A stretch of 64,000 nucleotides of DNA from the NCBI GenBank assembly GCA_041391485.1, contig JAWKNY010000002.1, forward strand, positions 128,245-192,244. Reading direction: 5' to 3'. Every line of letters starts with the position of its first letter. The stretch's first letter is position 1. The notes under the pieces were generated by a model. The model searched no databases and was not told the origin of the DNA. It was given only the letters and a program-made list of their open reading frames with translations. Both the position numbers and the translations under genes were made by a program. This DNA comes from Bdellovibrionota bacterium. Its GTDB lineage: Bacteria; Bdellovibrionota; FAC87; UBA2466; JACKAF01. Positions 11,321-21,486 of the stretch are shown piece by piece.

Positions 11321-12037
11321 TTTTTTCTGAAAACAGCCCATATAGCCCACTCGCAAACTATCCGTGTAAACAAAACTAAAGTCTTGGTGCACCCGTCTTT
11401 TAAAAACCGACGACCAAAAGGGCCAGGAGAAAAACTTGGGAATGCTGCCCCTAAACTCGAGCGGCTCCAGCCCGCATTCGCGCGCGAAGCTCTCTACTTC
11501 CTTTGGCTTTAAGAACAATTCATAAACGTGCACATTGGGAGGTGACTCTGGAAACCAGCGCAACGCCTCGATGGCAAGGAGGCGCGATGCCCAATTGCGG
11601 TTGAAGGTGGAGAACATCAGTTTGCCGCCGGGTTTCAACACTCTCGCCCCTTCGGCGAGCACTCTTCCGGGATCGTCCACATGCTCTAAAAAGTCCATCA
11701 GCAGCACCGCGTCGAACGAGTCGGATTCTAGCGGTAAATCAAAAGCATTCCCGTGAAGAAACTCAGTGCCGGGCACCCCTTGGTCGCGCGCCACTTTGAG
11801 CGAGTTTTCCGAAAGATCCACCCCGGTTACCGAAAAGCCTTCTTTCGCCAGCGGATTGGCGACGAGTCCTCCGCCACACGCGACATCCAGAACCTTTTGT
11901 CCGGCGCTCAGGTGCCGGCGGACAAAGTCTAACTTGATTCCGGATTCGGCCCGCAGCAATCCAATGGCGTGGCGATCCCCGTGGTACCACTGCTCGCCCA
12001 GCTCATCATAAAACGCGTTATTAACTTGTTCGCTCAT
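11309..12037 (-). CDS. class I SAM-dependent methyltransferase, UbiG-like
   Basis: 242-aa ORF. SAM motif VLDVACGGGLVANPLAKEG and a UbiG-like N-terminus (FYDELGEQWYHG). It overlaps the upstream membrane-protein gene by 17 nt, so it is the last gene of the PKS operon. Confidence 0.8.
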   Translation of the reverse strand: MSEQVNNAFYDELGEQWYHGDRHAIGLLRAESGIKLDFVRRHLSAGQKVLDVACGGGLVANPLAKEGFSVTGVDLSENSLKVARDQGVPGTEFLHGNAFDLPLESDSFDAVLLMDFLEHVDDPGRVLAEGARVLKPGGKLMFSTFNRNWASRLLAIEALRWFPESPPNVHVYELFLKPKEVESFARECGLEPLEFRGSIPKFFSWPFWSSVFKRRVHQDFSFVYTDSLRVGYMGCFQKKLVH

Positions 12038-12485
12038 GTTCTTTTCTCAAAGTGGGAACTAGCACCCACGCCGCCCATTGATAGATCGAAAAACCAAATA
12101 CGGCAAAAGGGAGACCTGTCCTAAAGAGAACCGCTTCCCCTTGCCACCACAGCCCCCCGGTCAAAAAGAGCAGAACGGGGTGATTCACGAAAAGAAGCGC
12201 GTGCAGCCAGTTTTCCGTGGGTTCGCAGCTATCCGTATGCACCCACTCATCTTTTGTGATGAGTAAGGCCGAAAAAATCGCCCCTCCTACGTAAACGTAC
12301 AACCACGGGAGTGTGGCTGGCGCAAAGGCCGGGACGCAGAGCACAGAACCAAAAACCAGAGAATCGGCGACATGCCCATAACTCTCAAAGCGCCGAAGGC
12401 CGCGTTTGCGATGAAACACCCCTTCATCCAGAGTCATCAGAAGCCCTTGGATGCCCCACGCGATTAAGCTTGCGTAAAAAAGCAT
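12021..12485 (-). CDS. uncharacterised 4-TM membrane protein in the type III PKS operon
   Basis: 154-aa ORF with four hydrophobic segments and conserved-looking polar residues (DEGVFHRKRG, GHVAD, KDEWVH, NWLH). Its start lies 3 nt after the PKS stop. No family recognised. Confidence 0.5.
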   Translation of the reverse strand: MLFYASLIAWGIQGLLMTLDEGVFHRKRGLRRFESYGHVADSLVFGSVLCVPAFAPATLPWLYVYVGGAIFSALLITKDEWVHTDSCEPTENWLHALLFVNHPVLLFLTGGLWWQGEAVLFRTGLPFAVFGFSIYQWAAWVLVPTLRKEHERTS

Positions 12486-12488
12486 GGC

Positions 12489-13556
12489 TCAGACTCTTTC
12501 CATTACCGAAGAAGCAAAGGTCAAACCGGGACCAAACGCCAAAGAAAGAATGCGATCCCCGCAGCGCACGTTGGGATCTTCTAACAGCTCATTCCATATA
12601 TAGGGCAACGAACACGAGGAGAGGTTGCCGCGCTCTTGCAGCACGCGATCGCTATGAGTCGTGCTTCCTGGTTTCAACTCCAAGGCTTCCGCGACCGCTT
12701 CAACGATGCGGGGCCCTCCGGGATGAATGGCAAAGTGATCGATTTCCGACAAGGATAAGTTCAAAGAGGCCAGAAATTCTTCCACATAGTCTCTCAAGGC
12801 ACCCACAATCTTTCTGGGAACTTCACGACTCAAGGTCATGCCAAAATTGCTCGACCCCAGTGTCCAGGTCATATCGCCCAGACTCTGTGGGAGCACCCGC
12901 TCCCTGGAACCGCACCACAGGAAGCCTTTACTGGGCTTCTCCGAAGTGACGTCGATGCGTGCAGCTCCATCGGCAAAAAGGGAGTTCACCACAATCTGCG
13001 TGGCCGACGCGCCATCGCTATCCAGATGCAAAGAGCAGAGTTCGACGAACAAGAGCGAAGCCGGCCCGTCGAGTTGCGTTGCCATGGAAAGCGCGGGAAT
13101 GGAAGCGTAACAACCCATGTGCCCCACGTGCCAAACACGCGCGTGCGACTCTTTCGCGCTCGTCAACTTCTGCAGGGCATTGGGCGAGGTATAGCCCGTG
13201 CATGAAACCTGAATCAGGTACTTGGCATCCAGGGCTCCGTCAAAAAGTTCGTTCGCCAAACGATCAGCCTCTCGTTCAAAAATACGCATGCGCGCCGCCA
13301 GCGAAGGCTGGCGTTCACCGTAGAGTTCCATCTCGTCCCAACGGGTGTGGCAGACATCATCGAGAATGACCTGGCGTTGACGGATTCGCGGATTTCCTAT
13401 CAAGCGCTCGTAAAGGTTGAGCGCACGTGCGGCCTCCGGATCCGGATGGCCTTCCGTTCTGAAGAGAATGCGGGCCATGAGCCAACGCAAGGTATCCTCT
13501 TGCGCGACAGCGAAGGGCATTACCGCGGGCCTGATTTTTGAAAGGTACCGGCTCAT
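12489..13556 (-). CDS. type III polyketide synthase (chalcone synthase-like)
   Basis: Cys-His-Asn triad contexts VSCTGYTSP, FAIHPGGPRIVEAV and GNLSSCSLPYIW, with C-terminal FGPGLT. Start is placed at ATG 13556 (MSRYLSKIRP), preceded by GAGG. Confidence 0.85.
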   Translation of the reverse strand: MSRYLSKIRPAVMPFAVAQEDTLRWLMARILFRTEGHPDPEAARALNLYERLIGNPRIRQRQVILDDVCHTRWDEMELYGERQPSLAARMRIFEREADRLANELFDGALDAKYLIQVSCTGYTSPNALQKLTSAKESHARVWHVGHMGCYASIPALSMATQLDGPASLLFVELCSLHLDSDGASATQIVVNSLFADGAARIDVTSEKPSKGFLWCGSRERVLPQSLGDMTWTLGSSNFGMTLSREVPRKIVGALRDYVEEFLASLNLSLSEIDHFAIHPGGPRIVEAVAEALELKPGSTTHSDRVLQERGNLSSCSLPYIWNELLEDPNVRCGDRILSLAFGPGLTFASSVMERV

Positions 13557-13660
13557 ACGTCCTCTAAAGCGCCCGCTTAGCCAGACGCATTCCGATCCCC
13601 AACCTATTCGCCTTTGCGCGAGGTGACAACTTCGCACGCTTTTGCTATTTCCATGCGTTC

Positions 13661-15574
13661 ATGAAAGCCCAAATCGTGCTTGAAAATGTGGGGATGCACT
13701 TCCCAAACCGCGTCCTTTTTGACGAGGTGAATTGGACCCTTTACGAAGGCATGCGCGTAACGCTGGCGGGGCGCAATGGCTGCGGCAAATCCACGCTCAT
13801 GCGCATTATGGCGGGCCGTTTGGACCCCCACGAAGGGCAACGCTCAATCGTTGGGGGGCGAAACCTCAAGCTGGGCTATCTCGACCAGAACCTGCTGGAC
13901 TCGGCAGTTATCGATACGCAGACACTGAAGGGGAGCAACCCTTCCGTAGTCGACTACGTCAAACACCGCATCCTTGAGACCAAAGCCGAGGAAGAAGCAG
14001 AGCAGGACTGGCAGATAGAGCGAGTTTTGGGCGGCCTTGGATTTGATAGCGCCAAGCAAAACGGCTCCATTCACGAGCTGAGTGGCGGGTGGTTGCTGCG
14101 CATGTTTATCGCTGGCGCCATCTTGAAAAAGCCGGACGTGCTGCTTCTGGATGAGCCCACGAACCATCTGGATCTTTCGTCGATTCAATGGATCGAGAAT
14201 TTCCTCACGAAGGAATACCAAGGGAGCTTGGTTCTGATTACCCATGACGTGGCGCTACAACGGCGGACGACGGATGCGCTAGCGATTGTACACGGCGCCC
14301 GCTTCTATTTTCGCAAGCACCAGAAAGATTACTTATCCTTCCGGGACTCCCTCGGGGAAGAAGCTGTCTTGCTCGAAAAAGGCTTGGAGCGCCTTCAAAA
14401 GAAGCACAAAGAGATCATGGAATTTGTGCAAAAGTACCGCGCCAAGGCCCGATCGGCGTCGCGCGCACAAAGCAAGCTAAAGAATGCTGAGGAAATTGAA
14501 GGCGAGATGAACGCTCTTAAGGAGCGCCTCTCTCAAATCCACGGCACTGCGTACAACCTGCGGTTTCGCTTCCGCTCGGAAAACCTCGGACCGAAGTTTC
14601 CTTTGATTCTGAACAACATCTCGTTTCGCTATGAAGAAGATGGCCCGCAGATCCTAAAAGGAATTAACCTGGACACGAAACGCGGGCAGAAGATCGCCAT
14701 CATCGGCGACAACGGGGCGGGAAAAACTACTTTACTGAATGTGATTGGGAGAAACCTCAAGCCCCAAACGGGCTCCGTAAAAACGGGCAAATGGGTGGAA
14801 ACGGGTTTCTTCGGGCAGCACCAACTCGATCAGCTTTCACTGGAAGATTCTCTTCTGGACAATCTCAAACAGTGTGTCGACAACGTCTCCCCCGATCAGC
14901 TTCGTGCGTGGCTCGGAGCCTTTGGTTTTTCGGGAACCGATGAAATTTCAAAACCCGCAAAAGTTCTTAGCGGAGGGGAAAGAGCGCGCCTCGCGTTGCT
15001 GCGTATTTTGGTGACCCCCGTCAACCTGATCCTGCTCGATGAACCGACCAACCACTTGGATATAGAAACCAAGGAGCTTCTGAAGTCTGCCATGCAGGAA
15101 TTCCAGGGAACCGTGGCTTTTGTTTCACACGATAGAGAATTCATCAGCTCCATCGCGGATCGCATTCTTTATCTGTCTCACGATCACGAACTCACCGATC
15201 ACATCGGAAACCTGGAGAGCTTTTTCGAAAAGTACCCGCACCTGGGCTCCCAGATGGACAAGCTAAAAAAGGAAGCCCCGAAGAAAGAAAGCGTTGGGCT
15301 CAGCTACGAAGAAAGAAAGCAACGCCGGAACCGCGCAAAGAGCCTGGAAAAACAGATTGGTACACTCGAAGAGGAAATTGACCAGCAGGGGAACGAGAAG
15401 AGCGCTCTGCAGGAAGAAGCTGATCAGGCAAGCTTTTACGCGCCGGAAAACGAAGGCCGACGCCAGGAAGTATTCGCACGGTTAACCGATTTAGAAAGTT
15501 CCATCACAAAAAAAATGATCGAGTGGGAAAGGCTCAGTTCGGAGCTGGAGTCGCTGGCTGAGGAACCGGCTTAG
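13661..15574 (+). CDS. ABC-F family ATPase (two ABC domains, no TM domain)
   Basis: 637-aa ORF. Walker A GRNGCGKST and GDNGAGKTT, signatures LSGGWLLR and LSGGERARLAL, charged coiled-coil C-terminus. Confidence 0.9.
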   Translation: MKAQIVLENVGMHFPNRVLFDEVNWTLYEGMRVTLAGRNGCGKSTLMRIMAGRLDPHEGQRSIVGGRNLKLGYLDQNLLDSAVIDTQTLKGSNPSVVDYVKHRILETKAEEEAEQDWQIERVLGGLGFDSAKQNGSIHELSGGWLLRMFIAGAILKKPDVLLLDEPTNHLDLSSIQWIENFLTKEYQGSLVLITHDVALQRRTTDALAIVHGARFYFRKHQKDYLSFRDSLGEEAVLLEKGLERLQKKHKEIMEFVQKYRAKARSASRAQSKLKNAEEIEGEMNALKERLSQIHGTAYNLRFRFRSENLGPKFPLILNNISFRYEEDGPQILKGINLDTKRGQKIAIIGDNGAGKTTLLNVIGRNLKPQTGSVKTGKWVETGFFGQHQLDQLSLEDSLLDNLKQCVDNVSPDQLRAWLGAFGFSGTDEISKPAKVLSGGERARLALLRILVTPVNLILLDEPTNHLDIETKELLKSAMQEFQGTVAFVSHDREFISSIADRILYLSHDHELTDHIGNLESFFEKYPHLGSQMDKLKKEAPKKESVGLSYEERKQRRNRAKSLEKQIGTLEEEIDQQGNEKSALQEEADQASFYAPENEGRRQEVFARLTDLESSITKKMIEWERLSSELESLAEEPA

Positions 15575-16621
15575 TATCCTCCAAACCTTTTTTGAGTTGC
15601 GTGCGCAACTGACCACAGGCCGCTGCCACATCGCGCCCCGGCTACGCCGGTAGGTCACCGTATAATACCGATCCATCAGTATTTTCTGAAAGCGCAGCAC
15701 GCGTTCTTCCGAAGGCCGCTTGAATTCCACAAACGGGTTTTCGTTGTAAGCGAGAAGATTAATCTTAACGGGGATACCCGCCAGAAGTTTCGCCAACCGA
15801 CGCGCGTCCTCATCTGAATCATTGATGCCATCGATAAGAAGGTATTCAATGGTGATGCGTTTGCGGCCTTTCAGACGCAGGTTGCGGCACACCGTCATCA
15901 ACTCTTCCAAAGGGTATTTTTGGTTGATGGGCATGATCTTAAGACGTTGCTCTTCTGTCGTTCCGTGAAGCGAAATGGCGAGCATTCCCAAATCATCGTC
16001 AATAAACTGCTGAATGACGGGCGTCACGCCGACCGTGGAAACCGTGATGTGTTTTTTCCCAATCTGAAAACCGTTGGGGTGCTGAAAGATCTGCAAGGCC
16101 TTTCGGACTTCCGTGTAATTATCGAAAGGTTCGCCCATTCCCATCACCACGATATTGGTGACGGGCTTGGGAGTCGGCACGGAGATGAGCTGATCCACAA
16201 TCTCCCAGCTCTTCATGTTGCGGATAAAACCCATATAGCCGGTAGCACAAAAGCGGCAGGCCATCTTGCAACCCACTTGCGTAGAGATGCAAAGGGTCGC
16301 CCGATCTTTGGCCGGGATGTAGACCGATTCCACTGTCTGGCCATCTTCCAAAGTAACCAGGTACTTGACCGTGCCATCCGCCGATTCGTGCGCAACCTCC
16401 ACCTTGAGCTTGGGCAAGGTAAAGCGGTGGGCCAACTCATCGCGGAAGGATTTGCTGAGATTGGTCATCTCGGAGAAATCCGACACCCGCTTCTGGTTAA
16501 TCCAAAGAAATAACTGTCGTCCACGGAAAGAGGAATGGCCCAGGCTCTCGGCAAGGCCTTCCAACTCCTCGATGGGAAGTCCTTTTAGAACGGGGCTACT
16601 ATTTTCGGCAGAAGCGAACAA
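15534..16621 (-). CDS. rlmN: 23S rRNA/tRNA m2A methyltransferase RlmN (radical SAM), C-terminal frameshift in this assembly
   Basis: Radical SAM motifs CKMACRFCATG and VMGMGEPFDN. The track ORF (15491-16621) turns to nonsense after RRSRG. Shifting frame at 15633-15640 (CCCC run) restores DVAAACGQLRTQLKK... and a TGA at 15534-15536. Confidence 0.85.
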
Positions 16622-17284
16622 TCAACACTCACTTATCACATTGGGCAAATGGTTCAGCAGATCGCCAAATTGCTTGAGCTGCTGAGAATTGGGAACTTGT
16701 ACACCACTTAAGCCATAACCCGCACCCAAAAAACTCACTCCCGCACGAAGCGCGCACTCCCGATCCACGTTGTGATCGCCCACAAACCAGGCCTGGTCAG
16801 GCTTGACCTGGAGCGTGTCCAGCACTTCCCAAATATGCTCCGGGTAGGGCTTGAAGCGGGTCACGGAGTCCGGGCCCGCGATGCGATCAAATTCAAACCC
16901 GGGCAGGTAGTGCTCGACCGATTTGACGGCCAAATCCGTGAGCCGGTTGGTCACAATCCCGAGCCTCACGCCTGGGTGGCGCCGCAACGACTCCAGCGTT
17001 TCGCGCACGCCGGGATACAGCTGGCCGACGAACTCAAACTCCCCGTAATGCTTGCGGTAGAGACCCACCAGATCCGACATCGCCATTTCGCCCGCCACGT
17101 CTTCGAGTGTGTTTTCCATCAGGTACTCAACGCCCTTACCGACGAAGGCGCCGATGGTGTCGTTCGCTAGAGGTGGCAAATCGTGCAAAACACGAATCTT
17201 GTTCACCACTCCCGCGATATCGGGAAGGCTATCAATGAGCGTACCGTCTAGGTCGAATAAAACTGCCAGAGATGTCAAAACCAA
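16622..17284 (-). CDS. HAD-superfamily phosphatase (phosphoglycolate phosphatase-like)
   Basis: 220-aa ORF. Motif I LFDLDGTLIDS, motif II IVTNR, motif IV VGDHNVDRE. It abuts the rlmN start. Confidence 0.75.
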   Translation of the reverse strand: MVLTSLAVLFDLDGTLIDSLPDIAGVVNKIRVLHDLPPLANDTIGAFVGKGVEYLMENTLEDVAGEMAMSDLVGLYRKHYGEFEFVGQLYPGVRETLESLRRHPGVRLGIVTNRLTDLAVKSVEHYLPGFEFDRIAGPDSVTRFKPYPEHIWEVLDTLQVKPDQAWFVGDHNVDRECALRAGVSFLGAGYGLSGVQVPNSQQLKQFGDLLNHLPNVISEC

Positions 17285-17379
17285 GCTCCCAGATAGAAAT
17301 GCCTATGTTTACCACTTTTTTCCTGGGCTTACAGCCGCATTCCTCACCGCGCGGCCGCCGAAAACCCCCTCTTGCGGCG

Positions 17380-19269
17380 ATGGCCCGAAAAAGCTACGTA
17401 GTCCCTGTGATTCGCTTTCTCCTACTCATAGGCGCGCTAGGAACGGCGCTGCAGGCCGCTGAACCGGCTCTGCACATGACGATCGTGGATTTCTCCACCT
17501 ACGATCGCTTTGACTCCGCGACGGCCGTGGAAAGTGTGGCCGTACCGGACCCCCGCTTTATCGCGGGGCCAGACGGTGTCATCCGAAAAGGTCCCACTCG
17601 GTTTGAGACAGAGCACGTTCTCTATCTAGGCTCCTTTAGGCTGCGCGACGGCAGCTTTTGTCCCACGGCCTTACTAACGGAACTGCAAGAGCCGGCGCTA
17701 AAAGCGATGCTGCAGGACGGGTACATCAGCAAAGTCCTATACGATGAAGTGGTGGAGAATGCCGACATCTGGGAACCCGGTCAGTTGCGCCTAGCGTACA
17801 CGTGGAGTGAGTTCACCTTCGCTGAAGCGCAGACGCTTTTTACGGACGGCATTCCATGGGACCGCGTGCTGCACGGCTCACAGGAACCCCTGCCCCATGT
17901 CGATCCCAAGGCACCTTGGAACCCGAAACAGGTCTGGGAATGGGAGACGAGCTGGCCGCGAAACCGGCCGCTTCGCATCGTGCGCTCGATGATGATGGCA
18001 GGCGTGGGCCAAGTGTTTGATCCGCTTACGGGTGAAAGAACGTTCAAACCGATGGCGTGGCAAAAGGCGGAAACCCACGCAGCCATCGCGAATCTGGATC
18101 GCAAGGCCTTCCCTTTTGTCGCCGAGTTCACACGTGCGCTCGGTTACGGCGGCCCGCTACCCGGAGACTCTTCTCAGGTGCACGGCGCTCTACTTAGTAT
18201 CTTGCAACACGAAGCCCGCATCCGCGGTTACCGCGAAAAAGATGTGTTTCTCTTTGCGCGCGCCTTCTCGCGGGGAAGGCTGGCCGTCTTTGAGTCCAAG
18301 TTCGCGGCGCGGAGGTTTACACCGGAGCTGAAGCACTTCTTTGAGCACGGGCCTCAAACAGCCGCCGAAAATTACCTGAACGCCGTCCCGCGAAACCGAG
18401 AAAAAATAAGCGATGCCGTCGTCATCGCCACTTGCCGCGAAACGGGAAAGGACTTCAAGCTTCAGGACTTCTCTGAACGCGTGTGGAAGATACGCGAGCT
18501 TTCCAAGTTTCAATTCACGCCCTGGCAAGCTTGGAAAGTCGTAGAAGACCTGTACGCCGAAATACGGCCAGCTTATCGACTCGCCGGTGGCCGGAGGGAC
18601 TTGAGTGCGTACCCCATCCTCATCATGAACGCCTCCCCCACCCCGCAAGCTTTTCTCTATGGGACTTTCGACGAATTGGGGCTTGAGGACGAAGAAGCCG
18701 CCAAAGCCATTTGGGAATATGTGCGGGAGTTCAGTACCTTTCTTACCGAACCCATGGGCAAAGGCTGGTTGGAGCCGCTGGCCACCACTGCCAAAGCAGA
18801 GGACCTCCAGTTCGGTGTGGGCATTTTCAATCTGGACGAGCGGGCGGCCCTAGCCGATCCGAACTACACCGCTGCGGTTCTCCTGGGCGTTCGGGACACC
18901 TACCTCGAACGTTTCGACTCCCCCAACCTCATGGTCCGAAGTGCCCTGCGCCAGACCGTGGATGAAGTGCGCCGGTTAAAAGGCTCCGGATCCCCGATGG
19001 CCCATTACGATCCCTTGGAGGCACTTGGCAGCTTTGATTACTTCGTGGGGAGCAGCAGCCCCGTCATCATCAAGCAGTTGGAGGCTCTAGGCGGGCGGCG
19101 CGTCGGACGCCCAAGCTGGCTAGGCGAAATGACCGGGGGAGAAAACGCCCGCGTCTTTGTGTTTTCCGAGCGCACCATCGCGGCTTTTGAGGTGCCCGGG
19201 CCCCGCCCGCTCCTAGAACCGAGCCCGTATAGCCGGGTCCTGCAGGTGCACGCAGGCGCCCATTTTTAA
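17380..19269 (+). CDS. secreted hypothetical protein (about 630 aa)
   Basis: Long ORF. Start is placed at ATG 17380, giving signal peptide MARKSYVVPVIRFLLLIGALGTALQAAEP. No family motif recognised. Confidence 0.5.
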   Translation: MARKSYVVPVIRFLLLIGALGTALQAAEPALHMTIVDFSTYDRFDSATAVESVAVPDPRFIAGPDGVIRKGPTRFETEHVLYLGSFRLRDGSFCPTALLTELQEPALKAMLQDGYISKVLYDEVVENADIWEPGQLRLAYTWSEFTFAEAQTLFTDGIPWDRVLHGSQEPLPHVDPKAPWNPKQVWEWETSWPRNRPLRIVRSMMMAGVGQVFDPLTGERTFKPMAWQKAETHAAIANLDRKAFPFVAEFTRALGYGGPLPGDSSQVHGALLSILQHEARIRGYREKDVFLFARAFSRGRLAVFESKFAARRFTPELKHFFEHGPQTAAENYLNAVPRNREKISDAVVIATCRETGKDFKLQDFSERVWKIRELSKFQFTPWQAWKVVEDLYAEIRPAYRLAGGRRDLSAYPILIMNASPTPQAFLYGTFDELGLEDEEAAKAIWEYVREFSTFLTEPMGKGWLEPLATTAKAEDLQFGVGIFNLDERAALADPNYTAAVLLGVRDTYLERFDSPNLMVRSALRQTVDEVRRLKGSGSPMAHYDPLEALGSFDYFVGSSSPVIIKQLEALGGRRVGRPSWLGEMTGGENARVFVFSERTIAAFEVPGPRPLLEPSPYSRVLQVHAGAHF

Positions 19270-19338
19270 AAATATTTTCATGCGTTTAGCAGAAATAGCC
19301 CCAGCCACGGCTCGCTTTGCGGATTTATTTTTTCGGAA

Positions 19339-19977
19339 GTGTCACAAGTTTTTTGTATAGTCGTCTTGGATAGTAGAGGACAGGGGTTAAAGTTGGCAAA
19401 ACAGCTGAGAAAATGGATTCGGCGACTCGTAAAAGGGGATCAAAGTGCGTTTGTACCCTTTTATGAAAAGACCGCTCCCGGCCTACTCCGCTTTTTGCTC
19501 TGGAAAACCAAAGGGGACCGCCCCCTTTCCGAGGATATTTTGCAAGAGTCGTACGTGCGCTTTCTAACCAATATCGAGAAACTCGAAGCCGTCGAGGATG
19601 TGGCGATTTACTCTTACATGCTCCGTATCGTGAAGCATTGCCTCATCGACAAGACCGTACGGGCCCCCCACCGCAAGCGCGAGCACGTCTCCATCGACGC
19701 GATGGTACTTTCTGACTCCAGCCAAATGAGACGCCAGGAGCGGGCCGTTGAAATGCGCGAGCTCTCTGCCGCAATGGAAAGTTTGAACGAAAAAGAATCT
19801 GAAATCATCTGGCTACGCGACGGCTTGGGCCTTTCCCATCGGGAAGTGGCGGATCAAGTTGGCATTACCGAACAAGCCTCGCGGCAAGCTTACCTTCGTG
19901 CAAAGAGATCGCTTATGGCAGAACTTGCTCCATCCATTTTAGAAGGAGGAACCTATGCGGCTTCTCCCGTGTCCTAA
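19339..19977 (+). CDS. ECF-type sigma-70 family sigma factor
   Basis: Region 2 (ILQESYVRFL...YMLRIVKHCLID) and region 4.2 HTH (GLSHREVADQVGITEQASRQAYLRAKRSL). The exact start is uncertain (GTG 19339 in the track). Confidence 0.8.
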   Translation: MSQVFCIVVLDSRGQGLKLAKQLRKWIRRLVKGDQSAFVPFYEKTAPGLLRFLLWKTKGDRPLSEDILQESYVRFLTNIEKLEAVEDVAIYSYMLRIVKHCLIDKTVRAPHRKREHVSIDAMVLSDSSQMRRQERAVEMRELSAAMESLNEKESEIIWLRDGLGLSHREVADQVGITEQASRQAYLRAKRSLMAELAPSILEGGTYAASPVS

Positions 19978-20488
19978 AGAAGAATGGTTGCTTCAGTATG
20001 TTTCTATCCGAAAGGATGTCCCAGTGGCTCGCCGTCTGCGGATTGCAGCGCACCTTCGGTCGTGCAAGCACTGTGCTACGAAACGTACGCTTATCGGCGA
20101 AAAACTCGAGGCCTATTTTTCACCTCCTGATATTACGTCTTCGCTATTGCGAGTCTACTCCCGCCTTCAGCAAGATGAGACATTGATTCTTAAGGGTTGG
20201 AAGCTGGGTGAAATCGCTCCCTCCCAACGCAAACAAAGTTCCATGCTCGCCAATGGCTGGGCCTTCCGCGGCGCTGTGGTCGCCGGCTTGGGCGCTTTGG
20301 CGGTGATTTTTGTGATGGCGGATCGCCAAGGGCTTCAAGAAAGCCAGGCCCAGCGCTTAGCGCAGGAAGATAGCCGTGACGTGCCTTTTGCGCAGATTCG
20401 ATTTGAAGATAAGAACCGCGTCCAGGTTCACTATATTAAGCCGGAGCTGGTACGCAGTGTAGAGTTTGAAACGACGGGTATGCGATGA
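19955..20488 (+). CDS. anti-sigma factor (zf-HC2, single TM)
   Basis: 177-aa ORF overlapping the sigma gene by 23 nt. H-x3-C-x2-C motif HLRSCKHC and a TM segment FRGAVVAGLGALAVIFVM. Confidence 0.65.
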   Translation: MRLLPCPKEEWLLQYVSIRKDVPVARRLRIAAHLRSCKHCATKRTLIGEKLEAYFSPPDITSSLLRVYSRLQQDETLILKGWKLGEIAPSQRKQSSMLANGWAFRGAVVAGLGALAVIFVMADRQGLQESQAQRLAQEDSRDVPFAQIRFEDKNRVQVHYIKPELVRSVEFETTGMR

Positions 20489-21396
20489 GAAGTAAGCTTT
20501 TAGTCTTTTGTACGATGGCCGCCAGCGTAGTGATGGCAGATGCTACTAAATCTCCAAACGCGCGCGAACAGTACACGGCCACCGTGCAGCTCATGATTGA
20601 TGAGCCAACACCGCAGCTGCTCAAGCGCTCGCAAAATTGCGGTTCAGGAGTTAGAGAACACCTTCAAAACCAGGCGAGAGTTGGAACTTAGCAGCTACGA
20701 TCTTCAGATTTCCCCTCCGGGAATTTGGTGCTACTAACGGTCGCTTCGGATCAAGACATACAATTACCGGTTCAAAACGCCCTCTCTTCAGTTATCAGCG
20801 GGATCGATGGAAAGGTTTGGGCGCGTGGACGAGCCGATCTTTTTCGCACGAACTTCACCCAGCCGGTGGAAGCGGCGTTAGAGATTGAGCTGGCCGATGT
20901 CGCCATGCCGGTAAACGTGGAGCCAGAAGCTCAGTCAGAGGCTGAAAACTCCATGGAAAAGATCCGGATCCAGCGGATGGTGGTATCGAATTTTCCGGTT
21001 AAAGACGTGATCCACACTTTAAAGGCGCATATCAGCCGGGACAAAGGGCAGACTCCTTTTGGGCATTCCATGGACCGATCCTGCCTGCAACGCTACGTCG
21101 ATTTTAGTTTTAACGAGTACAACGATAAAGAACCCAAAACCTTGGACAAGGTCCTTGAGGACCTGGCCGACTCGCTGAATATTAAGGTCAAAAATAAGGA
21201 CGGCTTCTACGTCTTCCAAGGCGCGTGCCCCCTCTTGCAAGAGCCGCGCACACCGACCAATATGCCCAATCCTTTCCAGACCGTTCCCGGCCTGAACCAG
21301 GATCCGGAGCTCAACAACGCGGCCTTCCGCCCCATGAACGGCATGGGCCAGCACTTCAACGTCCATATCCCACTGATGCCTCTGGGCAGGTGGTAG
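20485..21396 (+). pseudogene. secreted protein translationally coupled to the anti-sigma gene; frame interrupted (ORFs 20485-20691 and 20725-21396 share one frame, separated by TAG 20689-20691)
   Basis: ATGA overlap with the anti-sigma stop. Signal peptide MRSKLLVFCTMAASVVMADA. The downstream part contains an STN-like segment (LDKVLEDLADSLNIKVKNKDGFYVF). Confidence 0.45.
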
Positions 21397-21486
21397 GCAC
21401 GCGGAAAACCGGCCAAACCCCGATTTTCTACTTCCGTCCCGAACAATCCCCTGCTACAACAATGCCTTACAACGCCTCGTTGTGAT

